Assembly: GCA_051294375.1 (NCBI GenBank)
Contig: CM119267.1
Location: 7,075,205 to 7,139,204, forward strand
Direction of reading: 5' to 3'
Origin: Paraspadella gotoi
Taxonomy: Eukaryota > Animalia > Chaetognatha
DNA length: 64,000 bases
Shown one piece after another: positions 1 to 13,335 of the stretch. The stretch's first letter is position 1. Each line of letters begins with the position of its first letter. The translations under genes and the position numbers were made by a program. The notes beneath the pieces are model-generated. The model was not told where the DNA came from and did no database searches. It was given only the letters and a program-made list of their open reading frames with translations.

Positions 1-123
1 TAACGGCTTATTAACGGTAAAATGATAATTTTAACTTAACCGTTAATTATATTTCATTTAAACGGTTAAATTCGGTTAATTTTCAAAATAACCGTTAACA
101 GTTAACGGTTATCGGAACACTAA
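1..123. mobile_element. End of a probable MITE with TAACCG/CGGTTA subterminal repeats (truncated by window start)
   Basis: Many TAACGG/AACCGTTA motifs in both orientations, ending in GGAACACTA (reverse complement TAGTGTTCC, a hAT-like terminus). Only one end is visible. Confidence 0.4.
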
Positions 124-489
124 TCGTTACCTCGTTCGCGAGGTTTTTTTTCTTCCTCTTCTCCTTTAATTAAAGACTCGCCAGGCCGGTTTTCCTTTTC
201 TTTTCCCTTTCACTGCCACTTTCCTTTTTCCTTCTCTCTCTCTCTTTTCCTCTCTCTCACTCCTCGTCTTCGGTCCAGGTGAGTCCGACTTAATTCCCGC
301 CATTCGTCGCCGTTAGGAGGCGCGGGGGGATTCGACGGTCGCCATGGAAACGGAAGTGGACGCGAGAAAGGAATGACCCGGATGAACGAGGAGTCGCCGC
401 GGAATGCGGTAGACAGTAAATATTGGACACCTGACAGTGGACACGGAGCAGGAACGGGCTGTAGGGACTGCAACGTCTCGAGGACAATG

Positions 490-769
490 TAGCCAAAATA
501 GCTTTATTTTTCCACAACGCCAAATTTCTTCTAAAATTTAAAACTAAATTCATTTTAAGGTTTAAAGAACATATTTAAGAACATATTTATGGTTTAAAGA
601 ACATATTTAAGAACATATTCATGGTTACAATTAGGGATTAGGGTTCAAATTTAAGGTTAAAAATTAGGTAATATAAATTTGATAATAAATTAAAGTTAAA
701 TATAAGAATTGAAATAGAGTTAAGGTTTTAATGAATATAAATGGAGCGTTTTTGGAAAAGAGAGCCGCA
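490..769 (+). mobile_element. Non-autonomous repeat with internal degenerate TTAGG/TTAGGG-like array (family T)
   Basis: Ends in GAGCGTTTTTGGAAAAGAGAGCCG, matching 34258-34282 and (inverted) 39843-39870. Contains internal TTAGGGATTAGGG-like repeats. Confidence 0.5.
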
Positions 770-1244
770 GGGGCAATAAAAGTGAAAATAGTTGAAAAGG
801 GAAAAGTTATCTCAGAGGAGGACGAGTCAAGACATCGACGAGACGGAAGAAACGGCGGTTGTTGTCATTGTTGACATAGTTGCTGTTGTTGTTGTTGCCC
901 AGATGAACGGAATCGTCGAGCGGATGAGCAATTGAGCATCGATAAGTTGTTAAGAATCTCATCTCTATAGGAAACGAAAGTCGTGAGAAGCATCCAAAAT
1001 ATTTCTCCTTTGAAAACGGAATCGGGAAAAGGTACATTCTTTTTCACTTTTTTTTTTTTTTTGTAATCGTCAAAGGGGCAATCGGCGAACGTTACTGACA
1101 CGAGCTGGGATCGAACCCGCGACCCTCGGCTTTAACTTTCCTTTGACTTTTTTTTGGGGGGGAGGAGGAGGAGGAGGAGGAGGCTGTAGCCGGATACGAA
1201 GAAGTCGCCACTACCACGAACAACCGTCGTCGTCGTCGTCGTCT

Positions 1245-1277
<33 letters not shown>

Positions 1278-2159
1278 GAATTCCCGACGCAATCTTTGAG
1301 CTACGGATTCGTTTTATGACCGAAGAAGCGACACCTGCGGAAGAAAAGGAAGAGAGAGGAAGAAAAAGAGGAGAGGAGAGGAAAAGGAAGAGAGGGGAGG
1401 AAGAGGAGGAGAGGGGAGGAAAAGGAGGTGAGGGGAAGAAAAAGAGGAGAGGGGAAGAAAAGGTGAGGAGAGGGGAAGAAAAAGAGGAGAGGGGAAGATA
1501 GGAGAAAAGAAGGGGATGGTAGAAGATGCATGAATAATTTAATATGGAATGGGATAATAAGAAATTGAAACCGATCGAGCGGCCAGTCAGATTCTTGCTT
1601 TGAACTCTTTTCGTTTCCTTCTTTTTTCTCTCTTTTCCAACCTCGTTAAGATATCCAAAAATGTATCCGTATAATATATGAATTAGGTTTTCACAGTTTG
1701 TTTGGTAGCCTACATGTTTTTTCTCCTTATATAATTTAATTTTTCGATCCAAGTTGACCGAATAAAATTAAGACCGATATCAAAACACGATCTGACGTAA
1801 CCACTTCTACATTATACGGGCGGTATCTCCAAGATTCCGCAAGCGGGTTAAATTGTAAAAATTGGAAATATTTCATTCTTACGTTAAATTCGCGAATGGA
1901 ACATAATTCATTAAGACTCGATCTTAGTATATTTTATTTCGTTTTTTAGTCAATCTTTCCAACTCTGATCATCCAAACCTTCAACTCGTTCTCGACCGAG
2001 GCATCGAATGCCCCGCTACAAAATTCCCCGGGGTCCAATTCTTTTCCAAAACCGCCGCGTTCCAACCCCACATCCCCGTTCGTTCTCTCCGCCAAAGGCA
2101 AAAACCTCCACCACCCCACCCCCACCCCCACCAAGTTTCACTACGGTATCTCTCTCTTT

Positions 2160-2348
2160 NNNNNNNNNNNNNNNNNNNNNNNNNNNNNNNNNNNNNNNNN
2201 NNNNNNNNNNNNNNNNNNNNNNNNNNNNNNNNNNNNNNNNNNNNNNNNNNNNNNNNNNNNNNNNNNNNNNNNNNNNNNNNNNNNNNNNNNNNNNNNNNNN
2301 NNNNNNNNNNNNNNNNNNNNNNNNNNNNNNNNNNNNNNNNNNNNNNNN
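2160..2348. other. Assembly gap
   Basis: Run of N. Confidence 1.
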
Positions 2349-3084
2349 AAACCGGTAAGATTTGCATTCAATCTTGCTTCGTCAATTTGTTTTTCCACTC
2401 TGCGGAAGCTAATCCTTTCGACGAATTTCTCAATTTATCTTCCGAATCAACATTGAATCAACAAATAACGTCGACTCATTTGGGCTCCCGTTTTGGTCGA
2501 AGAAAAAACGATGAGACCTCATATACTGCAACGTTGATGCTAAATTGAAAACACGAACCTGTTTTTCATTTGACGGGTGTACGGTGAGGGAAGGGTTCCC
2601 TGGCGCCGCGTCACCAATCGCCGGCTCACGGCGCATTGAAAGCCTAATCTTCTTTTCATTTTTTTTTACCTCCGCGTTCGAAGCCGAAAGTGTTTTTTTT
2701 TTTGTTGGTATTATTGGCACGATGTTTCTGATTTTTTTTGACAAAGGTTTATTAGGAAGCGTTTCAGGGCCCGGTGTATCAGGATTAGGTCGGCGAGAAA
2801 GAAGTTAAAATATATCTCGCTTTGCCAATCGGGGACGTGAGATAAGGATTCGCTCATTTACCATTTTCGAAAAAAGTTTATTACCATTCACCTATTAACA
2901 TTAGACTTGTATTAATTTGATTTTAAGTGTAAAAGTCCTTGACAACATGTAATAAATAATTTCGGATGTAACACAAAGAATTCCTCTCTCTATGACTTCC
3001 AATCGACATCAAGTTTTTCATTGCTAAAATTTACAATTTACAATTTACATCTAATTTCATTTGCCATTTTTTTCTCGACCACCA

Positions 3085-3172
<88 letters not shown>

Positions 3173-3834
3173 CCTCGGGCGGAAAAATTAAAAGGCAAAT
3201 ATTTTCGAATGCATTTGTTTAATTGAGTTTTCATAAGTGAAGTCGAAGACGACAACAACTAAAATTTTGATGGAAGAAACGGGTTTGCAAAAAGCGAGAG
3301 AAAGAGAGAGAAGAGAGGGAGAAGAGAGAGAGAGAGAGAGAGGCAGAGAGAGAGAGAGAGAGAGAGAGTTTGCAATGGGGAAAGACAAAACTAAGGAATT
3401 TAACGGGGATAAATTAGTGTCTTTATACAAAGAATGACTAAGAGAGAGGAAGAGAGCAGAGAGAGAGAGAGAGAGTAGAGAGAGAGAAGAGAGAGAGGAG
3501 AGAGAGAAGGAGGGTACCCAAGACGGTCCCAAACTGTTGACTATTTCCCCGACACTCGCTGCATTCCAATCGTCATAACCTCAATCAGTTTACACGTCAC
3601 GCCTTCGATCTGAATTCTGTTCTATGGACACCGAGGACGCGATTCGAATTACCGACACTCGATATCGCCATCCCCAGTGTAGGTTGGACCAACTATCACG
3701 ATCGATTCACTGGTCGTCGTTGTCGTAGTCAACGTCGCCGGCATCGTCGTTAGTCGTCGTCGTCACCCATAGGTCGACGTTCAGTTCCATCATTTGTTTG
3801 TTTTTTTTTTTTTTGTCTAATAATATCTTAAATT

Positions 3835-4386
3835 TGTGGCGACACAATCACTGGATCCGGCGTAATTCGAAGATGCGGGATCGGCGGTCGAGGGTCGCCC
3901 AACATTTTCTTGAAGGCCGTACTTGATCGGTCGAGAGCGTTGAGCGGATGCTCTGCTTATTTAAGCTCGTTAAAAAACAGTCTTGAACAAAGTCTTATTT
4001 TGTTCGGACGTCTAAAAGGAGAACATCTTGTCTTACAATTAAACAATGACGGATGAGATAGAAAGCAAGAATTAGACAATTACGTAGATAAACGATAACA
4101 AATTCGGCAATGGCTGAAGTTTAAAGTACATGAGCAGAGAAGAAATAGTGAATGATTTTCACACAACAAGATAATACAAAGGCAGAATATTGCTGCGTGA
4201 ACTAGTAGAAGGTAGTTAACGTTGAATAAGGTTCTTTTGTTTGATGATTACTATTTTATTATATTGAGACGCAAGTTAAAATTACAAGAGTTCTTTGTTC
4301 ATGATTTAATATCAGGCCAAAGTGGCGCTTGTGGCTGATGCCGTTACACCATCGGTGACGAGGGTCCCGGGATCGCATCACGCACA
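3835..4386 (-). repeat. 3' LTR of Gypsy element
   Basis: Aligns by eye with 9501-10208 (e.g. AATGGCTGAAGTTTAA, AAGATAATACAA, GCGCTTGTGGCT). Adjacent to the PPT. Confidence 0.85.
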
Positions 4387-4949
4387 TTTCCCCCCCCAGA
4401 CGTCAGGAGACGAGAGTCGAAGGAGACGAGGAAAGTAATGAAGAGTTGAAAAAAACGGTTGGGGCTTCAGTTTCTTCCTTTTGTTGTACAAGTAATGATT
4501 TGTTTGAGGAACTGAGCAGCCGTATCAGGGCGGTGTCCCGTCCCGCATCTTGGCGTCGCGTTGGGGCGGGGAGCGGGCATCTCCGGATTTCGCACGAGGC
4601 ATCTGAGATGCTGGAGCGATCGATGGAGGCGTTCTTCACCGTTTCCCAGACGTGCGCGTAAGTCGGAAATGACATAGCGGCGGGTCATATTTTATGGCGA
4701 CGCCATCGACAGCCATTTGGCGTCGTTCTCCTCGTTACTTGTGCAAACAATCGTTCCAATCGAGTTCTTGAGCGGGGTTTGAATTGATTGATGGCGGGAT
4801 TTGACCGGCGCGCGCGCGGAGCCCGGGTCTGACGACGTGGGGCGCTGGGGGTGGGCCGCGTGCTTCCTCTTCAGCCCATGGCGCCAGGCATCTTCCGGAG
4901 GCGCGGTCGCGACCCCACGTTCGCTGGTTGTAATAGCGCGCGATGGCAT

Positions 4950-7900
4950 TGTCTGGAGCGGCCTCTCCCCTGGTAATCAACTTGGAATATCAGATTATCT
5001 GCGACTGACGACCTTGAAGGGATCTCCCTTCGTAGTGGGTGCCAGTGAGGGGTGGACTGACGCCGCCTTTCCTGATTAAAGACGTGGGATGTTGTGTCGC
5101 AAGGACGGTGCGGGGGAGGAAACCCGAGGTGTTCGGTGGTTGCTCAGTTGGGCACTCGAGTGTGGTGAAGTTGTTCAACCTCAAGACAGCAGTTCGTGCA
5201 CGCCGGCGGCGCTGCGCTGGCTTATCTTGCGTACGCGACGGGTCATGCGCTGGCGAGGAACGGCGGCCGGGAATCTGCCAGTACCATCACATAGACGAGC
5301 TGGGCTGGGGAGTGTCGCCCTATGATCTGGCTTGACCGTCGTGCGGATTGCTATAGCGCGCAGGAAGGGCGCCAAAACCAATTGTTGGGTCGCCAGATAC
5401 CCAGGGCAAATGCAGCGATTCTTTTAGACGACCGTGAAATCTCTCAACGAGACCGATTTGACTCGGATGATATGCAGTTGTCTGGTGGAGCTTACAGTTC
5501 CATGTTTGTGCCAATGCTTCCAGATGGTGGAGGAAAATTGTGTAGTCCGCGGTCTGTCGTCAGGGGTCGGACGGAATTCCAAAGGAATGCTACCCACAGC
5601 CATGAGTGAGGAGTCAGCAACGCGTTGCGGCAGTGACTGTCCTTCATTGGGGTTGCCATTGGCGACATCGAGATAAACGGTCTCACTGCGGTGAGGAAGA
5701 TCTAGAGAAGACCGTTGGAATGAGGCATCATGACTGATGTCCACGTGACGTGTTGGAAACGACGAGGAGCGGACTGTAAACTCTCGCAATCTCCGGGAAC
5801 TAGTGTGGCGTGAGACCTTTGCCCTTTGACAAGCAATGCAATCTCTAGCCAACGGCGTGACGCGTGCACGCATTGTGGGCCAAACAAATTTTCTCTGCGA
5901 TGGCCTTCTCCTTGTTAACGTAAGCTCGCCAACCCTGGGTGGCCAAGGTGCGTGAAATCGGCGTCAAAGATTTTGCGTACGCCAGGCCTTCCGGAACAAA
6001 TGTGGCGTGCAGGGCCGTTGGAAACGTCGACGAGGCTCATTTCCTGGTCAAACACCGAGCTTTTTCGGGAGCGAAAACGAAGGCCAGTGCGCGCATCTTC
6101 CATGAGTTGACGGAACTCCTCGGATCGAGGGGCTGTTGGCACGGGCGAGATCCTGGAGGTCGATGTTGAAGTGGGAGATTGCGGCGGCTACTCTGGTTAA
6201 GTCCTCGGTCTTGTTTGAGTCCAGCGGTTTGTTTATCGAGGCGACTACAGCTGGGAGTGGGGCATTAGGTCGAGATAATGCATCGGCCACAACATTGGCC
6301 TTGCCCTCAACGTGTCTGATGTCCGTTTGTAAATTCCGCTATCACGGACAACTGGAATGTGTGGCGTGCTGTCTGGGGTTCACTCTTTTTGTGAAGTGCA
6401 TGGATCAAACTCATATGATCCGTATAAAGGGTAAAGCTTCTCCCTTCCAGCCAATGGCGGAAATGGCGTACTGCTCGAAAGGCTCCATATAACTCGCGGT
6501 CAAATGGGGCCACTTCCTTTGACTATCGGACAGTTTGGCAGAGAAGAAGGCCAATGGTTCCCAACCCTTCTCGCGCGTTGCTCCAACACTGCACCAACTG
6601 CGTAATCCGACGCGTCTGTTGTGAGCGAAAGTTGGGCACCAGTTCGAGGGTGTCGAAGGAGTACAGCATTGGCCAGGGCCTCTTTGACGGCCTCAAACCC
6701 TTGTTGACAAGCGGTGACCAGTTGAGACGCTTGGGTTTACCTTGAAGGCTGTCGTACAGCGGTGTTGCATGGTGGCTACCCTGGGAATGAATCGCCGATA
6801 GTAATTGATCATTCCCAGGAAGCGCTGCAGCTCCTTGATTGTGGTTGGCGGGTAGTTTGGCGCAATGCTCGACCCTCTGGGGAGTGGTCGCACGCCGTCA
6901 GAGTCGACAAAAATATCCGAGGAACTCTAAGAGCTTTGACCCAGGATACATTTCTTCCGGTTTACTACCAGGCCATTGTCCTCGAGGGCACCGAAAACTG
7001 CTTCAAGGTCCTCGAGATGCTGTTCCTCGGTTTCGCTTGCCACGAGAATGTCGTCAAGGTAACGTAAACACGTGGCAACTCCCCCAGGATTTCGTCCATC
7101 AATCTCTGAAAATCCTGGCCGGCGTTTTTAAAGGCCGAAGGATGTGCGCAGGAAAACGTAGAGGCCGAAGGGTGGATGACAGCAGTTTTGGGCACATCCT
7201 CTTCGGCCACCGGGATCTGGTGATATCCTTTAAGCAAGTCTATCTTGGAGATATCTTCTTCCCGGCTAGCTGGGCATTGAAGTCGGCCAGCAGCTTTACG
7301 GGTATCGATCGGGGATTGTTTGAGCATTCAGACGCCGATAGTCCCCGCAGACGCGCCAGCCACCATCTGCCTTCGAGACACAGTGGAGTGGAGATGACCA
7401 GGGGCTCTTGGCGCGGACGGCCACTCCAAGGGCAACCATGCGTCGAGCTCCGCTTTGGCGATGGCCAATTTCTCGGGGGAAAGGCGGCGTGCTCGGGCTT
7501 GGCAAGGTCTTCCTTGGGTAGGGATGAAATGCTTCACTCCATGTTTTGGTTCCTTGATTTCAAAAGTGGGCGTGGAGAGTGCGGGGAAACGATCAAGGAG
7601 TTTGTAGTATTGGTTTTCAGATTGACCAGCAAAGTTGACGTGAGATGGAGGTTCCCAAAGCGATTTGGCACACGCAATTGTGGAATAGTCCTTTAAGTCT
7701 AATTAAAATTCCATCGCGGTGGTTTGGCGCCAAAAAATACTCAGCTAAAAAATCGGCGCCCAGTATATTCTGAGTGACGTCAGCCACCAAGATGTCAAAA
7801 AGGAAAAACGCGTGGTCCTAATGTGATTCGCTTATGCACTGTTCATAGCAAGCAATTGCGCTGCATTGGCCGCCTGTAGTTGGGGGCCGCTTGGACCTGC

Positions 7901-7960
7901 TTCACGCTGGGCCGGCGTTTGGAGGAGTGAGAGACAAAAGGCGCCGCCATCCACAAGCCA
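4950..7960 (-). pseudogene. pol: Gypsy pol remnants: aspartic protease, reverse transcriptase, RNase H, integrase
   Basis: Protease LVDGGA and ILGADF (~7950-7750). [63 protein letters not shown], a disrupted YLDD and TTIKELQRFLGMINYYRRFIP. RNase H FDRELYGAFRAVRHFRHWLEGRSFTLYTDH and VADALSR. Integrase HLGHPG...CIACQRAK, TDRG and TTAYHP..GLVERFH. Many frameshifts. Confidence 0.92.
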
Positions 7961-7999
7961 AGGGCGACCATCGCTCGCGTCTACAACGTGCAGGAGGTA

Positions 8000-9290
8000 G
8001 GATCGGTTTGGCGAACTTTCCGCTCGGCGTGGAACGCGCGTTCACCCCGTCGCCGTCGCCGTGGCGTTCCCGCCGCATGGTCTGGCTTGGCCGCGTTTTT
8101 CGCGCGGCGCGGGAACAGCCTCTCTCGCATCGGTAGGCCGGCGTCGCCGTTTTCTGATGGAATCTTTGCAGACCGGCGCCTTGCAACCCGGAAGATGGTT
8201 GGCCGCTCGGAGCAGGGCGGCGCGGCATTGTGGCGTCAAAATTGGTTTTTGAGCGGCGAGAATTGAAGGTGGGCCGGTTTTCTTCGCGTCCGTTTATGGC
8301 GTTGACAGTTCCACTAATTCAGGCATCAACTGTCGTCGTCGCTATCTGTATCCAACTCTCACGGCGTTGAACCAGCGATGGCGTTGGAGCGTGGAGGGTT
8401 TTTTCCATCGATGTCGAAATGCGGTCGCCCAGCTCGGCAAACTGGGAGAGGAAGTGGAGGCTTCCGCTTCTTGGTCGACAAGGTGGCGCGGACTGGGGGA
8501 GACCGGGCATCACTAATTCTTTCTTATGTCATCGATCGGAACTGTCATGGAACGGTCGACCAATACTGGCCAGATGTTCGGGAAGGCTCTCATGCCATCG
8601 CGTCGACGCGGCCATCGAGGAGGGTCGCTGCTTGGCGACGGCGCTGCCATAAGCCGTACTCAGCGCGGAGGTAAGTGAGGAAGGCTGGTCCACGTGTCGT
8701 CCGTCGCTTTCTCCATATAGATTAGGCGTTTAATTTTTGGATCTGACGTCGACTGCAATTATTTGATTCAATTGAATGCAAATTTGTCCTTTGCCGTTGT
8801 GTACCTTTGCGCGGATGTAGGGGATTCAACACGTAGAATCCAGATTCTATGTTTCCTTGTCGAAAGGTGGGAGCTCACTTTTTTGGACGGTCGCTTGCGC
8901 GAGAGCGCCTCCTGGGGCCTTGGTGTGCCGCCATCGCGGGCGTCGAGGGCCGGCGCGGAGGGCGTCGACTTAACCTTGGGGTCGGAGGGGCCTCAGCTTT
9001 GTCGTTCCCGGCGTTCCTCTCGAAGCTCGGTCACGCAAGGGAGGAAAAGGAAACAGAAGAGGGACTGTAGACGTGGAAGGTCCTTGGCGCGTGGAGACGA
9101 TTTGGACGGGAGCGCAGAGGCGAGGTCGCTTCAACCTCTTCACACTGGCGTGAGAGACTGCGGAAGGGGAGACAGGAACGCCGGACACGAAAAGAGGGCT
9201 TGTGCGGAGGGTTCAATTGAGGTAGCTTCTGCCGATTTCTGACATGCGAGTTCAGGCATGGAAAACTTTTGTGGGCGGTGAGGCAGGAGC
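8000..9290 (-). pseudogene. Probable gag region of the Gypsy element (frameshifted)
   Basis: GC-rich coding-like stretch between the PBS and the protease. Assigned mainly by position; no intact ORF. Confidence 0.5.
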
Positions 9291-9500
9291 TGTTAGGGGG
9301 AATTCAGTTAAGGTATGGGCTCCGTCGAGACCGCCCGGCGGAAAAACTTCTAAAGAGATATATGTAATTCATGTGAAGAGGTCCCAAATGTGAAAGTGCG
9401 CGAAGTACGAAATTCACAGAAATCCCTAAAGATGAGAGGGGAAAAGCGAGAGAAGAAGAAAGAGATGAGAGGACGGGATCAGAGGGAAGGTCACACCCAA

Positions 9501-10208
9501 TGTGAGCGAGCCAAACCTGGAAGTCCGGAGCACGTATTCGAGAGATAGCGAGCCGAGATCGGACGTTCAGGGATAGGAAGGGCTCAGCTCTATACTTCTC
9601 TCTTGAAGGACGCGTGGCTTGAGGTGTTCGGAAGAAAAAAGGAAATAGTGAGACAAACCAAAGAAGAGGAAGAGAGAGAGAGTGAGAGCTTGAGGAGAAT
9701 GCTTCTGTTAAGAGCCTTCGTAAAAAAACCAGTCACCTTGACAAAGTCTTATGTTATGTTTGGCTTTAAAAGAGAACCTTACGAGGATTAACATAATGGT
9801 AAAAAGCAAGAGATTACAATAAGTAATAACGATAAAAATTGGGGTTGAATGGCTGAAGTTTAAGGAAGTAAGAGCAGAGGAAGAAAGAATAAAGTGAATG
9901 AGTTTCACCACAACACAAGATAATACAAGCAGAGTAAATTGCTGAACTTAAGAACATAGTAGAGGTAGTTTAAACCGTTGATAAGAAGTTCTTTTGATTT
10001 GAGTATATATAGGATTTGTTAAATATAGGAGACGAGGTTAATTATAATCACAGAAGTTCTAGAATTTGTTCATGACTTGTAATCATCAGCCTAATTGGCT
10101 ACCCGAAAAGTCGCGCGCTTGTGGCTCGCCTCGATGCCATGCGGTTACCCTCTCATAACCCGGTCGACGAAGATCCGTCGGTCACTGAAGATCAGCCCAT
10201 CTCCCACA
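9501..10208 (-). repeat. 5' LTR of Gypsy element
   Basis: TG...CA ends, next to the PBS-like motif. Homologous to 3835-4386 but longer because of many small insertions. Confidence 0.85.
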
Positions 10209-10246
10209 AATTTATGTTTAATTCTCTACACGTTGTAATAATAAGT

Positions 10247-13200
10247 TTTTAGTCCGGCCGAGATTGTTTATCATGGCAGAAATCCCCGTAGTCTCATATG
10301 AACTCAACTTAACTTTCGGTCCGTCGGTCCGGCGCCTCACCATATTCGTCGGGCACACTATCTTCTGAATATATCATGGGTCAGAACATCGAATCCATCG
10401 ATAATCCTATGCTAAATACGAAAATGCATTTTGTCCCGTCACGTCCTTGTTCTGTCGTGTCCCAGATCACTTGCTGCCGAATCGCTAAAACCTTCCTCGA
10501 TTGTCCCCGACTTCTAGCCAAAGATCTTTCAATTACCCTGATATGGCATCGAGATGGCAGGGTTTGCCGGGTCATGCGTCGTGAATTTTGTGTGTCGTCG
10601 TCTCACTATCCCGACGTTTGGTAGGAGAAACCCTGTATCAGTCTATTGATGTGGGATAATAAATGGGTGTCTGTATTCGGGAAAATCAAGTTTTAGTCTA
10701 TTGGAAATTACGGACCAACGGATCGTCTTTATGAACAGTAAAGGTGAGGGAATATACACAGACAATACAGAGTCACCATCTTTACTTGCAAACGTATCCG
10801 TCTTTGAGAAGCCGGCGAGTGCTAGCCATGAGTGAGGGAGGTATGGACTGTTGCCTAATTGACTTGTCATATGCGGTAATAAGTGATGGGACTAGATAAC
10901 AAGTGAATAATGGCAAGAATTACAATATAAATATACGAATAAGGGGACTTGATGGTTCTCAGATAGGAAATAGAAGTAGAATAAGTGTGATCGATGATAA
11001 GGCAAACAGAAGTAAAATCGTGGGAATGGTCAGGAATAATGATGCTGAGATCTAATAATGGTGAGAAAAAGAGATATAAACACCAGTAGTAAATGTACTT
11101 CATTATTTACGTTGAGATGATATTATTTAATATAATTCAGTGATACTGAGAAGATTATTATACTCATAGATTTATATTTAGATGTTAGTATCTAAATCAG
11201 AATTGGATAGATAATACAGTCGAAAGATAGTGTCGCATAGGCTTGAGCGTGGTACCTCCTCGCGTAGTGAGAACGAGTATGTGATAAGCTGGGAGTAACA
11301 CTATGTTGATTTCGTGACCATTCACGCCCACGCAGGACGAAGGGATGAAAAGAGGTCGAGTGCAAAGAAATGGAGTGAGTATCCAGAAGAGAAGAACAAA
11401 CATTATATCCTCGTCAGTTGTCAGCATAATTTTCTCTCTCCTCTCTTCTCTGCTGATACAAAGTTTGATATAGTTGGAGGAATTTGATTGTGATTGCATA
11501 ATCAGGGCGTTGAGTCCACTATTATGGCGTTCCCGACAATGGGTGGCGTGCGATGACATTGTGCACACCAATATTTTATTGGCCACGACTGAGACGCAAT
11601 CATAATATGTAAGGCTCAATTCGGAGCGAGTCTCTGTAGTGCAAGATGGTTACCAAAATTATACACCAACCTGTGTGGTGACCGTACGGAAATGACTCTC
11701 GGCTACGCAATTTGAGTGAAAATCGCTACTAGATCCACGCCAGTCTCTCCTCTAACCCAATGTACGTGTATGAGCTCGGGTGACCCATTAATCTAAATCG
11801 AGTCTTAGAGGTGATACAAAGATTAAATATGCTCCAGGACGAGAGAGTGTGCCGCGGCCCGTAGTCCTCCAGGTTGACACACCGAAAAGTAGTGGTGCGA
11901 GGACGCACCAGATGACTCAGTCGTTCTCACGTCCGTAGGAGGCCACATCTGACGGGGTCGTTGCATGTCAGTAATGACCAAATTATGCACATGTGGTTAT
12001 GTAAGATCTCATCGGCTCGAGACGATTGGTGACCGCGCCAAAGCACTCACGCTTTCCTCGTATGTACCATCTTCATAATTGAGTGCGAATGCGGAGTCTG
12101 TGCAGCACCTGTGAAGAATCTCTGTGTAAGGTCCCGCATGGCGTTGTGAGAGGAGAGAGAGGCACGTGCCGCCGTCGACGAGGCGGCCAGCTCGATGACT
12201 AGTGTCGCGGGATGGGCGGTGCTCGCATCCTCTCCGCCCGCGTGCTGGCGTTCTCTGGCGCGCACCCGACCACCCAACCGTTCTGAACAGGGAACCACAC
12301 AGTTCTCGATGGATGATCGTAGCTGTCGCGAGAGGTGCTGACAGATGAGTGCTCTAAATGCCGAAGAAAACCTAAAACTATCAGTACTTATCACCTAATT
12401 GATTGTATGGGCTTCTCCTTTTCCTCTCATATATTGAAATGTTCCTAAATGCAGGATCTCGTATACTAAGTTCAAAATAATTAACAGTTAAGTTATCAAC
12501 TAGTAACACAGTTAAAATCAATATTAATTACTACTTAATCGAGAGGTCAATCACCACTGTCCGATCATCCGTCTACCACCCCGTTAGCAAGAAAGCATCC
12601 AATAACTGCAGTGATTTGGATTCTGGTTCGATTGAATAGAAATTTTTGTTCAGGTCCCCGTGTGCCCAACTGCTTCCATGTGTGTGTAATGTATGAAAGT
12701 GGGTGAAGAATGTTAACCCGGCCCGTCCCGTGTGAATAAATAGCCTGGGAATATCCAGAAGTTATCTACGGATACATCCCGATGATGGAATGAGTAAATG
12801 AGTTAACGTGGCGCAATAAACTAATAAGTCGCATTCTAACTAACAAACTCTGTTTACTTAATTAAACCGAATAAGTACTCTAATTAATCATAATTCGGAG
12901 ATGGATAGATCTGAGTCAATTATTTTGTTGGTGTTAGAAAAAGTGATGTATGCGATACTTGTATAGTAAAGTTATCGTGGAAACGTTCATCACGAGTGGA
13001 CAATGAAGTTTTAATGAAAAAAAAATATGAGTCACATTACTTAGAACTCTTCTGATTACTTAAGTTTATTAACATTAATTAAGATTACCATTGCAGATGA
13101 ATTTTGTGAGCGGCGGTAGTAAACAGTGTGTTGTGATCAAAAGCCTAGATATAAAGTTTGACAGGAATTGTGCCAGTGGAAATGAGTTAAATGAAAAAAA

Positions 13201-13303
13201 AAAATAGTCATTTTTCTGTTTCAAGTAAACTTGAAGCCGAAAATGATACAAGTTAAAAAATCCTAAAAGCATAAGGATCGTCGCAATTGCAAAGAGACAG
13301 AGA

Positions 13304-13335
<32 letters not shown>

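Larger units (their letters stand above)
3835..10208 (-). mobile_element. Full-length Ty3/Gypsy LTR retrotransposon, CsRn1/Kabuki-like clade, heavily frameshifted
   Basis: Two similar LTRs with TG...CA ends (3835-4386 and 9501-10208). 4-bp target duplication AATT (3831-3834 / 10209-10212). Polypurine tract at 4387-4397 and a PBS-like TGG(GT)GTGACC next to 9500 on the minus strand. Domain order gag-PR-RT-RH-IN. Confidence 0.93.

Noticed and set aside
1100-1133. B-box/T-arm fragments (also ~29790, ~42680, ~63410) as tRNA genes
   Set aside because: Only ~30 bp tRNA-like with no cloverleaf; probably decayed SINE fragments.
1132-1752. Long ORFs in the track such as 1132-1752, 21892-22569, 44397-44990 and 50802-51416
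   Set aside because: They are translations of (GA)n, (GTC)n, C-rich or other simple repeats, or of N gaps, with no protein motifs.
6839-7696. 285-aa plus-strand ORF
   Set aside because: Antisense shadow of the GC-rich Gypsy RT region.
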